A stretch of 64,000 bases of DNA from Alphaproteobacteria bacterium (GTDB lineage Bacteria > Pseudomonadota > Alphaproteobacteria > CALKHQ01). Both the position numbers and the translations under genes were made by a program. Shown here one piece after another: positions 63,634 to 64,000 of this stretch. Location of the stretch: the NCBI GenBank assembly GCA_965227515.1, contig CBDDFZ010000001.1, positions 2,592,001-2,656,000 on the forward strand. The letters run 5' to 3'. The notes under the pieces were generated by a model. The model was not told where the DNA came from. It did not search any database and saw only the letters and a program-made list of their open reading frames with translations. Numbering within the stretch: the first letter of the stretch is position 1; each line of letters begins with the position of its first letter.

Positions 63634-64000
63634 ATGACATTGCCGAAGACATTCGCGGCGACCCTTGCGGTCGCGTGCGCCCTGTCGGCTGCCCCGGCGG
63701 CGGCCGATCTGGCCGAGCGGCTTGCGAACGCTGACATCGGGTCCGGCGAAGCCTCCGCGCAGATATGCATGGCGTGCCACAGCATGGACGCGGACCGTTC
63801 TGCCCGCATCGGGCCGCCGTTGTTCGGTATCGTCGGCGCGCCGGTCGCTGCCGATCCGGACCACCGCTACTCCGACGCGATGCTGGGGTTCGGTGGTGAG
63901 TGGACCGTGGACCGGCTCGATATCTACCTGCGCAGCCCCATGGATGCGATCCCCGGCAACATGATGGGTTTCCCCGGGATTCCCAACGACCAGGACCGCG
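63634..64000 (+). CDS. c-type cytochrome (c2-like), probable redox partner; truncated by window end
   Basis: Own translation: signal peptide, CMACH haem motif, GPPLFGIVG, PGNMMGF. Confidence 0.88.
   Translation, partial: MTLPKTFAATLAVACALSAAPAAADLAERLANADIGSGEASAQICMACHSMDADRSARIGPPLFGIVGAPVAADPDHRYSDAMLGFGGEWTVDRLDIYLRSPMDAIPGNMMGFPGIPNDQDR

Overview
High-GC alphaproteobacterial chromosome segment (Rhodospirillales-like, inferred from gene content and synteny). Left arm: core genes (SapC-family gene, tRNA-Cys, pcm-tolC-popZ-valS), then hipBA with three HipB operators and several small enzymes. Middle (14-38 kb): two giant paralogous two-partner-secretion (FHA/TpsA-like) beta-helical exoproteins of 4762 and 2411 aa. 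They share a near-identical secretion domain, a CtrA-like box at the same relative position and a C-terminal 'PAAG + cysteine pair' tail resembling the LapG-cleavable cysteine hook of Pseudomonas CdrA. The most striking element is at 40.5-46.5 kb: a compact, host-like podovirus-type DNA-packaging module. It comprises a DUF6456/GafA-GafZ-like activator, a putative small terminase, a P22-like large terminase split into two genes, a portal, a Bbp19-like protein and a scaffold. It is preceded by overlapping perfect LexA and CtrA boxes and has no capsid, tail, integrase, replication or lysis genes, making it a candidate domesticated gene-transfer-agent-like or capsid-borrowing system. Right arm: RTX protein, oligopeptidase B, cupin, aceA with a divergent RamB/ScfR regulator, a SAM-cyclase-ATPase-TPR protein, a rhamnose-type ABC transporter and a SorT-like sulfite dehydrogenase with its cytochrome c. 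All family calls come from motif recognition by eye; no database search was run.
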